Part shown: piece after piece, positions 21,250-32,803 of the stretch | Position numbering within the stretch: the stretch's first letter is position 1 | Layout: every line of letters begins with the position of its first letter | Assembly (NCBI GenBank): GCA_012270965.1 | Contig: JAAXHJ010000044.1 | Coordinates: 18,311-82,310 of the forward strand | Direction: 5' to 3' | Origin: Candidatus Palauibacter poriticola | Lineage (GTDB): Bacteria; Gemmatimonadota; Gemmatimonadetes; Palauibacterales; Palauibacteraceae | Length of the DNA: 64,000 nucleotides | Notes under the pieces: generated by a model | What the model was told of the DNA's origin: nothing | Databases searched by the model: none | The model's input: the letters and a program-made list of their open reading frames with translations, nothing else | Program-made: the position numbers and the translations under genes

Positions 21250-21332
21250 GCGAAAGTGGCGGAATTGGCAGACGCGCCAGCCTTAGGAGCTGGTGGCCCT
21301 TGGCCGTGGGGGTTCGAGTCCCCCCTTTCGCA
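21250..21332 (+). tRNA. tRNA-Leu, anticodon UAG.
   Basis: Acceptor stem GCGAAAG/CTTTCGC. D arm GCG-GAATTGGCAGA-CGC. Anticodon stem CCAGC/GCTGG with loop CTTAGGA. Long variable arm GGCC..GGCC. T arm GGGGG-TTCGAGT-CCCCC. Discriminator A. Confidence 0.85.
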
Positions 21333-21493
21333 CTTCGTGCCGTAGCGGTGTGCAAACACCGAGCCGCTGGCAGCCCGTGGCAAACCCCGCGTCAGCGCCG
21401 AGAGCGGTGAAGCGCTCGCCTGACAAGAGGGCCGAGCGAGCAGAGCCAGCGCGCTGGCCCGTGCGGAGATTCGAAGCGAGAGCCATACCGACC

Positions 21494-22765
21494 TTGAGCC
21501 CAGCCGATTCACAAGCCGCCGCGACGGATCCGTTCGACGTCGCGATCAAGCGCGAAAACGACTACCTGCGCCGCCTCGACGTGTCCGTGGACCCCGCGCA
21601 GGTGGCGGCGACGCGTCGCCGGGAGGCCGCCAAACTCCGCAAGACGACCCGCATCAAGGGGTTCCGGAAGGGGAAGGTTCCGGTGCGGATCGTAGAGGAA
21701 CGCTACGGTCCCCTCATCGACGAACGAACCGTCGATGCGCTTGTCAACCGGGCGTATCGCGACGCCGTGCGGCGCCACGGCCTCTCCGCGATTGGGGAGC
21801 CCGTGGTGAGCGACTTGGATTACCAGCCCGGGGAGCGGCTCTCCTTCCGCATCGACGTCGAGGTGATGCCGACCATCAAGCTTGCGCGGACCGGAGGGTT
21901 CCGGGTCAAGCGGCGCGAGGTGGCCGTCGAAGATGCGGACATCGACGAGGTCGTCGAGAACCTCCGCAAGGAAAAAGCCGTGCTCCAGCCCGTGGACCGG
22001 CCGCCGCGGAGCGGGGATGTCGTCGCCGTGGCGATCAGAGAACTCGGGGGAGGCGAGGGCGCCGCGGAGAAACCGTATCGATTCGAGTTGGGCGCGGGCT
22101 ACGCGATTCCGGACGTCGAAAACGCGATCCTCACGCTGGCACCCGGCGAGGAAGGCACGTTCAGGGTCTCCTATCCGGATGATTTCGGGACCGACGAACT
22201 TGCGGGAACCACCCGGTCGCTGCAGATCCGCCTCGACGATGTCCGCGCCAGCGAGCTTCCGGACCTCACCGACGCGTTCGCGGGCGAGGTCGGAGATTTC
22301 GGGACGCTGGCGGAGCTTCGCGAGGCGGTCGGGAAGGAACTCCTGGCGCGGGGTGAACGCCAGGCGGAGGAGGAAGTCGGCCAACGACTCGTCGACGCGG
22401 TGATCGAAGCCAACGCCTTCGAGGTGCCGCCCAGTCTCACGTCGCGTTATCTTGACCGGGTGATCGACGCCCCCGAGGGAGCGGATCCCGAGCGGGTCGA
22501 GGAGGCCCGCAGGTCCGTGACCCCCCACGTGGAGCGTCAGATCAAGCGGGATCTGGTGCTTGATCGACTCATTGAGGATCAGGGACTCGATCTGTCGAGC
22601 GAGGAATTCGACGAGCGCCTGTCGGAACTGGGGAAGGCGAGGGGCAAGAGCCTGGTGGAGATGCGCCGGGAACTCGCGAGGGAGAAGCAGCTCGACTCGC
22701 TCCGCCGCGGTTTTGCCATCGACAATGCGTTCCGGTTTCTGATCGACGGCTCGGACGTGAGCTGA
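21494..22765 (+). CDS. tig: Trigger factor (probable TTG start at 21494).
   Basis: GFRKGKVP motif and the three-domain trigger-factor layout. The track ORF begins at 21293 inside the tRNA. Confidence 0.85.
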   Translation: MSPADSQAAATDPFDVAIKRENDYLRRLDVSVDPAQVAATRRREAAKLRKTTRIKGFRKGKVPVRIVEERYGPLIDERTVDALVNRAYRDAVRRHGLSAIGEPVVSDLDYQPGERLSFRIDVEVMPTIKLARTGGFRVKRREVAVEDADIDEVVENLRKEKAVLQPVDRPPRSGDVVAVAIRELGGGEGAAEKPYRFELGAGYAIPDVENAILTLAPGEEGTFRVSYPDDFGTDELAGTTRSLQIRLDDVRASELPDLTDAFAGEVGDFGTLAELREAVGKELLARGERQAEEEVGQRLVDAVIEANAFEVPPSLTSRYLDRVIDAPEGADPERVEEARRSVTPHVERQIKRDLVLDRLIEDQGLDLSSEEFDERLSELGKARGKSLVEMRRELAREKQLDSLRRGFAIDNAFRFLIDGSDVS

Positions 22766-22810
22766 TGGGCTTCCGTGAGCCGATGAGCTTCTGTGAGCTG
22801 ATGGGCTTCG
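22757..22810 (+). repeat. Three tandem copies of an 18-nt unit (GTGAGCTGATGGGCTTCC and variants) that contain the tig stop codon.
   Basis: Read directly. The units also encode an in-frame mini-[24 protein letters not shown] (22765..22830), that ends 1 nt before the clpP start. Confidence 0.8.
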
Positions 22811-22831
22811 CAAACCACGTGAGGGACTGAC

Positions 22832-23467
22832 TTGAGCACGATATTCGCGCCGTACGTCATCGAACGGTCGAGCCGCGGGGAACGCACGTACGACATCTTC
22901 TCGCGGCTCCTCATGGACCGGATCGTCTTCCTCGGGGCCCCTATCAACGACGATGTGGCGAACGTGGTGATCGCCCAACTGCTCTTCCTGGAGGCGGACA
23001 ACCCGGAGCGCGAAATCCACATCTACATCAACTCGCCGGGGGGGAACGTCCAAGCGGGACTCGCGATCTACGACACGATGCAGTTCCTGAACGCCCCGGT
23101 GGCGACGATGTGCATGGGGATGGCGGCGTCGATGGGAGCGTTCCTGCTCGCCGCCGGCACGCCCGGCAGGCGGCGCTCGCTGCCGAACGCGCGGATCATG
23201 ATCCACCAGCCTTCCGGCGGCTCCTACGGGACGGCGGCAGACATCGAGATTCAGGCGAAGGAAATCCTCAACGCCCGCGAGCGGCTGAACCGGATTCTCG
23301 CCGAACACACCGGGCAGGACGTCGACCGCATCGCGGACGACGTCGACCGCGACCGCTTCATGTCCCCCGAGGAAGCGCGGGATTACGGGCTCATCGACGT
23401 GGTCGTCGCGCGCGAGGCGCAGGTTGACGGCGGGAACGGCCGACCCGGCCCCACCGTGGCGAAGTAG
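22832..23467 (+). CDS. clpP: ATP-dependent Clp protease proteolytic subunit.
   Basis: [20 protein letters not shown] and the Ser-His-Asp region. TTG start. Confidence 0.93.
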   Translation: MSTIFAPYVIERSSRGERTYDIFSRLLMDRIVFLGAPINDDVANVVIAQLLFLEADNPEREIHIYINSPGGNVQAGLAIYDTMQFLNAPVATMCMGMAASMGAFLLAAGTPGRRRSLPNARIMIHQPSGGSYGTAADIEIQAKEILNARERLNRILAEHTGQDVDRIADDVDRDRFMSPEEARDYGLIDVVVAREAQVDGGNGRPGPTVAK

Positions 23468-23503
23468 CGCCCGGGCAACCCGAGGGACCGAGGGGAGGCG
23501 ACG

Positions 23504-24751
<1,248 letters not shown>

Positions 24752-24758
24752 CGGGCCC

Positions 24759-25370
24759 GTGCCGCCGGCGGACAGGGGCGTCACGCACGTCAGGACGGTC
24801 GAGTTCGTCGGCGCGGTCGGCGTGGCCGGCCAGAAGCCTCCGCGCGATCTCCCCCAGGTCGCGATCGCCGGACGCTCGAACGTCGGGAAGTCCTCGCTGC
24901 TCAACCGGCTCGTGGGGCGCAAGAGCCTCGCGCGAACCTCGAAGCAGCCCGGGCGCACGCGCGAGATCAACTTCTTCCTCGTCGACGACCGCTATATGCT
25001 CGTCGATCTGCCGGGCTACGGGTTCGCGAAGGCGCCGAAGACCGTGCGGAAGAAGTGGGGACGGCTGATCGACGGGTATCTGCGCCGGACGCCGAGGCTG
25101 CTCGGACTCGTGCTGCTCGTGGACGCGCGCCGCGGACTCACGGACGACGACGAGCGGATGATCGAGTTCCTGGGGGCGACCGGGACGCCGACGCTCTTCG
25201 CGCTCACGAAGACGGACAAGCTGAACCGATCCGGGCGCCGGCGGGCGACGGAGAAGCTGCGCGAGGCGCTCGGGCTCGACTCGGACCAGTTGGTCGAGAC
25301 ATCCGCGCGCACCGGCACCGGCGTCGACACGCTGCGGGAGAGCATCGCCGCCCTCATCAGCGACGCGTAG
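24759..25370 (+). CDS. engB: Ribosome-biogenesis GTPase EngB/YihA.
   Basis: IAGRSNVGKSSLLN and GRT.EINFF motifs. Confidence 0.85.
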   Translation: MPPADRGVTHVRTVEFVGAVGVAGQKPPRDLPQVAIAGRSNVGKSSLLNRLVGRKSLARTSKQPGRTREINFFLVDDRYMLVDLPGYGFAKAPKTVRKKWGRLIDGYLRRTPRLLGLVLLVDARRGLTDDDERMIEFLGATGTPTLFALTKTDKLNRSGRRRATEKLREALGLDSDQLVETSARTGTGVDTLRESIAALISDA

Positions 25371-25382
25371 CCGTACCCGCCC

Positions 25383-25424
25383 GTGGCGAACCCCCGCTGC
25401 GTTCGAGCGGCCCCGCATCGCGCC
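25383..25424. repeat. REP-like extragenic element, copy 1 (core CCCCGCTGCGTTCGAGCGGCGCCGCATC).
   Basis: Near-identical copies lie at about 49871..49910 and 55959..55999. A rearranged copy lies at about 45075..45116. All are in 3' intergenic spacers. Confidence 0.7.
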
Positions 25425-25460
25425 TACACGCTGCGCTCCGAGTCGCTCCTCGGGCCGCTA

Positions 25461-27149
25461 TTAGTTGATGTCGTACTTGCGGATCTTTCGGTAGATCGTG
25501 CGCTCGCCGATGCCGAGAGCCTCCGCGGCTCGGCGCCGGTTGCCGCCGGCGTGGCGGAGCACCGCGATGATCGCCGCGCGCTCGATCTCCTCCATCGTCA
25601 TTCCGGGCCGGATCGCGATCACAGCCGCGTCCGCAGGCTCGGGGCCGTCCGCCTGACCCGGGTCGTGCTCAGGCTCGGGGCCGTCCGCAGGCTCGGGACC
25701 GTGCTCAGGCTCCGGGCCGTCCCCCGCCACTGAGACGACTTCGGTCCCGGTGGCGTCGGTCGTCTCGACCGCGTCGGTGATGTCGATCTCGATCGCGTCC
25801 TCGATGTCCTCCCCCGCTCCGCTCCGGGGGGGAGCCGGGGGGAGTTGGCGAGCGCCCGACCTGTAGGCCTCGAACTCCCGCTTGAGGTCATCGATGTCCA
25901 CCTTGAGGTCGACGAGGGTGCGGAAGACGAAGGCGAGTTGCGGTGAACTCGGGATGGACCCTGCGCCCACGCCGGCCGCAGGCGCGATGCGCGCCGGAGA
26001 CGGCACGAGGCTCATCCTCCCCGACCCGATCTCGGGCGGGATGTCCTCGGGGCGGATGACGGAGCCGGGCGCGAGCACAACCATGGACTCGATCAGGTTC
26101 CGGAGTTCCCGGATGTTCCCCGGCCAGTCGTAGTCGAGGAGAATCTGGAGCGCTTCCGGAGCGAGTCCGCGAAACTCCCGATCGTGCTGGCGGCTGAACT
26201 CCGAGATGAAGCGGCGGATGAGGACGGGAATATCGCGGCGGCGCTCGCGGAGCGGGGGGACGTGGACGTTGAGGACGTTGAGACGGTAGTACAGGTCGCG
26301 GCGGAACTCCCCGGTCTCGACCGCCTGCCTGAGGTCGCGGTTCGTGGCGGCGACGACGCGCACGCTGACGCGGATCTCGTGGTCTCCGCCCACCCTCATG
26401 AAGCGGCGGCTCTCGAGAATCCTCAACAGCCGCGTCTGGGTGGGGAGCGGCATCTCCGCGATCTCGTCGAGGAGGAGCGTGCCGCCGTCGGCGAGTTCGA
26501 ACATCCCCCGCCGCAGCGACGTCGCTCCGGTGAAGGCGCCCTTCTCGTGCCCGAACAGTTCGGATTCGAGCAGCGACTCGGGGAGGGCGGCGCAGTTCAC
26601 CGCAATGAAGGCCCTGGCGCGCCTCGGGGACAGCCTGTGGAAGGCGCGCGCCACGAGTTCCTTTCCGGTTCCGCTCTCGCCGGTGAGGAGGACGGTGCTC
26701 ATCACGGGGGCGATCATGTGCACCCGCTCGAGGATCTCGCGCACGGCCTCGGTGCGCCCGATGATCCCCGTCTGTCGCTGCAGGTCGTAGCGGTCGAGGT
26801 GCGCCTGCAGGACGACCCGCACTTCGTCGGGATCGACGGGAAGGGGGAGCGCCTCATCGAGATCGAAGGACCGCGCCAACTGCCGGCGCGCGTCCGGGTG
26901 GGTTTCCTCCGTGAGCCCGAGCACGGGCGGGCGCGGAATCTCCGCCTCGAACAGTCCCCGCATCGCGTTGGCGCGCGCTTCGCCGGGAGGGCCCGTGAGG
27001 ACGAGGGCGACCTCGGCCGCCCCGCCCAGCCGTCCCTCGAGTTCGCGCACGGACTCCACGAACTCGACTTCATGGCCGTCGGCCTGCACGGCTTGGCGGA
27101 CGGCGATCGCGGCCTCGACCGCGCGCCCGTCGACGAAGACGCGTGCCAT
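25461..27149 (-). CDS. Sigma-54-dependent transcriptional activator (NtrC family) with an atypical receiver domain and a Pro/Glu-rich repeat linker.
   Basis: GESGTGKE and GAFTGA motifs. C-terminal Fis-type HTH. The receiver lacks the phospho-acceptor Asp. Linker GPEPEHGPEPADGPEPEHDPGQADGPEPAD is encoded by tandem DNA repeats at about 25619-25740. Confidence 0.8.
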   Translation of the reverse strand: MARVFVDGRAVEAAIAVRQAVQADGHEVEFVESVRELEGRLGGAAEVALVLTGPPGEARANAMRGLFEAEIPRPPVLGLTEETHPDARRQLARSFDLDEALPLPVDPDEVRVVLQAHLDRYDLQRQTGIIGRTEAVREILERVHMIAPVMSTVLLTGESGTGKELVARAFHRLSPRRARAFIAVNCAALPESLLESELFGHEKGAFTGATSLRRGMFELADGGTLLLDEIAEMPLPTQTRLLRILESRRFMRVGGDHEIRVSVRVVAATNRDLRQAVETGEFRRDLYYRLNVLNVHVPPLRERRRDIPVLIRRFISEFSRQHDREFRGLAPEALQILLDYDWPGNIRELRNLIESMVVLAPGSVIRPEDIPPEIGSGRMSLVPSPARIAPAAGVGAGSIPSSPQLAFVFRTLVDLKVDIDDLKREFEAYRSGARQLPPAPPRSGAGEDIEDAIEIDITDAVETTDATGTEVVSVAGDGPEPEHGPEPADGPEPEHDPGQADGPEPADAAVIAIRPGMTMEEIERAAIIAVLRHAGGNRRRAAEALGIGERTIYRKIRKYDIN

Positions 27150-27186
27150 CAGACGCAGCCGCCCGGCATCAGACGCAGCCGCCCGC
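27147..27186. repeat. Perfect 20-bp tandem duplication (catcagacgcagccgcccgg, twice) spanning the mogA stop and the regulator start.
   Basis: Read directly. On the minus strand it gives TGATG twice, with a 6-codon mini-ORF (MPGGCV) between the two genes. Confidence 0.85.
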
Positions 27187-28760
27187 AGACGCGTGGCCGG
27201 TATCGCCGCGCAGCAGATCGACGGCATGGTCGACCACGGACTCGAGAGCGGCGAGCCCGTCGGAGACGCCGCCCGGACTCCCGGGCAGGTTGATGACGAG
27301 CGTCTCGCCGCGGACTCCCGCCAGCCCGCGGCTGAGCGCCGCGTACGGCGTGGACTCGGCGCCGGTGCGGCGCAGCATCTCGGCGATCCCCGGCGCGCGG
27401 CGCTCGAGGATGGTGCGCGTCGCCTCGGGCGTCACGTCGCGCGCCGCAAGCCCGGTTCCGCCCGTCGTGAGAACGACGTCCACCCCCTGCACGTCGCACC
27501 AGTGCAGGAGGCGGGCGGCGATCTCGGCGCTCTCGTCAGGGATGACATCGGCGCCGGCCAGCGAGTAGGCGCGCCCCCGAATCCACTTCTTGATGAGATC
27601 CCCGGAACCGTCTTCCCGCTCTCCGGCGGACACGCGGTCGGAGATGGTCACGACGGCGATCCGCGGGGCGATGCGGTGCAGCGAGCCGCGCGGATAGAAG
27701 GGCGGACGCACGACCTCGGCCGCGATCGCCTTCCCCCGGATCATGATCTCGACCGCGGCGCCGAACCCGGCGGCGACGGGCAGGTACGCGGTCGCGATCC
27801 CGTGCCCCATGGAGGGGCTCACGGTGCCGCTGCGCACCTCGCCAACGGCCTCCCCCTCGAAGCGGACCTCGTAACCCGGCCGCGGGAAGCCCCGATCGAG
27901 CAGTCTCAGGAAGCGCAGCCTGCGGGTGAGGCCGGCGGCGCGCTGCGCGGCGAGGGCCTCCGAGCCCACAAAGTCGCCCTTGCCGTGCTTCACGAGCCAC
28001 CCGAGTCCGGCCTCGAGCGCAGTCGTCTCATCGTCCACGTCGTTTCCGTAGAGCGCGTAGCCCATCTCGAGCCTAAGCGAGTCGCGGGCCCCCAGACCCG
28101 CGGGGACGGCGCCGGCCTCGACGAGCACCCGCCACGCCGGCGCCGCATACGCCTTCGGCATGTAGAGTTCGAACCCGATCTCCCCCGTGTAACCGGTCCG
28201 GCTGATCACGCACGGCGCGCCCGCGACCTCCCCGCGCACGAAGTGGTAGTAGTCGATCTCCGCCAGCGGCTGGTCGGTCAGCGGCGCGAGCGTCCTCTCC
28301 GCCAACGGACCCTGGAGGGCGAGGAGGGCGATCTCGTCGCTCTCGTCCGTCATTTCCACGTCGAAGCCCCGCGCGAGCCTGCCGAGGTGCGCCCAGTCCT
28401 TGGCCATGTTGGCCGCGTTCACGACGAGCCGGTAATCCGCCTCGCCCATGCAGTAGACGATGAGGTCGTCGATGACGCCGCCGGTCTCGTGGCACATCGC
28501 GCTGTACTGGGCGTCCCCATCCCGCAGGCGAGAGGGGTCGTTCGTCGTCGCGTAGGCCACGAACGCCTGCGCGTCCTCACCGCGGACGCGGAACTCTCCC
28601 ATGTGGGAGACGTCGAACAGGCCCGCCTTCTCGCGCACGGCACGGTGTTCGGCCCTGATGCCGGTCGGATACTGAACGGGCATCGCGTAGCCGGCGAAGG
28701 GAACGATCTTGCCGCCCAACCGGACGTGTTCCTCGAATAGCGGGGTCGCTTTCAGGTCTT

Positions 28761-28764
<4 letters not shown>
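27169..28764 (-). CDS. gcvT: Glycine-cleavage T protein (aminomethyltransferase) joined in-frame, with no stop, to a MogA/MoaB molybdopterin adenylyltransferase domain.
   Basis: GTG start gives [32 protein letters not shown]. GcvT runs to ...[11 protein letters not shown], then [22 protein letters not shown]...TTGGTG...INLPGSPGG, which is MogA-like. There is no stop between them in this sequence. Confidence 0.7.
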
Positions 28765-31185
<2,421 letters not shown>

Positions 31186-31192
<7 letters not shown>

Positions 31193-31305
31193 GGATCGTC
31201 TCGGGCCGTCATGGCTCGCCTCCGGCCGGTCACGGCTCGTCTCGGGTCGGTCTCGACTTGTCTCCGGTCGGTCATGGGCTCGTCTCGGGTCGTCATGGCC
31301 CGCTC
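31186..31305. repeat. About 5.5 tandem copies of a 20-21-nt unit (CGTCATGGCTCGTCTCGGGC-like) filling the hslV-hslU spacer.
   Basis: Read directly. Several units contain ATGAC. The array overlaps the hslU start and the hslV stop. Confidence 0.75.
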
Positions 31306-31853
31306 CCGTTGCCGTCGGCGCCGTCGGCGAGTTCGAGCACCGTGATCTCCCGGTTCGTGTACACGCAGATCTCCGCCGCGATCTCGAGCGCCTGCCGGGC
31401 CACTTCGGCGGCCGGCAGATCCGTTCGGCGGGCGAGGGCCCGCGCGGCGGCGAGCGCGTGCGGCCCGCCGGAACCGAGCGCGAGAATGCCATCGTCCGGT
31501 TCGATGACCTCTCCAGTACCGGCGATGAGCAGGCTCGTCTCCCGGTCGGCGACGGCGAGCAGCGCCTCGAGCCGCCGCAGATAGCGGTCGCTCCGCCACT
31601 CCTTCGCGAGTTCGACCGCGGCGCGGGTGAGGTGGCGAGGGTAGCGTTCGAGTTGCGCCTCGAACTTCTCGAACAGGGTGAGGGCGTCGGCGACGCCGCC
31701 GGCGAAGCCCGCCAGAATCCGGCCATCGCGCATCGTGCGCAGCTTGCTCGCCTTCGCCTTGACGACGGTCTCTCCCATCGTCACCTGGCCGTCGCCCGCC
31801 ATCGCGACTTCCCCTCCGACGCGAACGCAAAGGATCGTCGTGGCTCGAATCAT
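31293..31853 (-). CDS. hslV: ATP-dependent protease subunit HslV.
   Basis: [25 protein letters not shown], with N-terminal Thr-protease motifs. The track ORF extension to 32621 is spurious. Confidence 0.9.
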   Translation of the reverse strand: MIRATTILCVRVGGEVAMAGDGQVTMGETVVKAKASKLRTMRDGRILAGFAGGVADALTLFEKFEAQLERYPRHLTRAAVELAKEWRSDRYLRRLEALLAVADRETSLLIAGTGEVIEPDDGILALGSGGPHALAAARALARRTDLPAAEVARQALEIAAEICVYTNREITVLELADGADGNGSGP

Positions 31854-31858
31854 GCTCT

Positions 31859-32803
31859 TCACTCTCCGCCGCGTGGGTGCGCCCGGGAGTGTACGCGCTT
31901 GAGCCGGTCCACGGATGTGTGCGTATAGATCCGGGTCGTGCTCAGACTCGCGTGTCCCAGCATCTCCTTCACCGAGACGAGGTCCGCCCCCCGGTCGAGA
32001 AGGTGGGTCGCGAAGGAGTGGCGTAGCGAATGCGTGGTCAGGGGGTCGCCCTCCGCAACCCCTTCGAGTTGGGCCGTCACGTCGCGCTGGATCTGCCGTC
32101 GCGAGAGGCGGGTGCCGCGAATGGAGAGGAAGGCGGCGCGGGAGGCGCTCTCCCCCCGTTTCCCAAAATAGGCGCCGAGCGCTTCCGAGGCGGGCCGGCC
32201 GAGAGGGACGACACGCTCCTTCCCACCCTTGCCGAGCGCGCGAACCTGCCCCGTGTGGCGGTCCACGGCGGTCACGTCGAGGCCCTGCACCTCCGCCAGC
32301 CGCAATCCGCACGAGTACAGCAATTCGAGAAGGGCCCAGCGCCGGAGCGCCACCGCGGATCCCTCGTGCCGCGCCGCCTCGCCGGCGGAGTCGAGCAGTT
32401 TGCGGGCGTCCTCTTCGCTCAGAAACGAGGGCAGCGTCCGGTCGCCGCGGGGGGTGCGGACGAGCCGGGCCGGGCTCGCCTCCACCCGGTCCGTGCGCTG
32501 AAGAAAGGCGAAGAACGCGCGTACGGCGGCGAGCTTGCGGGCGATCGAGGAACGCTTCAGCCCGCGCAACTCCAGGTCTCCCATGAAAGAACGGATCGAG
32601 ACGCGATGGACGTCCGCCCAAGTCCAGTCGCGCGTTCCCTCATACGCGCTCACGAAGGCCTCGAACTGATCGAGGTCGCGGCGGTACGCGGACACGGTGT
32701 TGGGGGACAGCCGGCGCTCGGCGCGGGCGTAGCGAAGAAAGTCGTCGACCCATTCGCGCCGGGCTCGCCCTCGCGCACCGGCGGGCGCGGACGTCCGGGT
32801 CAT
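31859..32803 (-). CDS. xerC: Tyrosine recombinase XerC/XerD family (xerC-hslVU synteny).
   Basis: [38 protein letters not shown]. The ATG overlaps the topA stop (ATGA). Confidence 0.8.
   Translation of the reverse strand: MTRTSAPAGARGRARREWVDDFLRYARAERRLSPNTVSAYRRDLDQFEAFVSAYEGTRDWTWADVHRVSIRSFMGDLELRGLKRSSIARKLAAVRAFFAFLQRTDRVEASPARLVRTPRGDRTLPSFLSEEDARKLLDSAGEAARHEGSAVALRRWALLELLYSCGLRLAEVQGLDVTAVDRHTGQVRALGKGGKERVVPLGRPASEALGAYFGKRGESASRAAFLSIRGTRLSRRQIQRDVTAQLEGVAEGDPLTTHSLRHSFATHLLDRGADLVSVKEMLGHASLSTTRIYTHTSVDRLKRVHSRAHPRGGE

Noticed and set aside
22757-22810. CRISPR array.
   Set aside because: These are three imperfect 18-nt units with no spacers. The other tandem arrays (31186.., 52561.., 48905..) are likewise too short and spacer-less.
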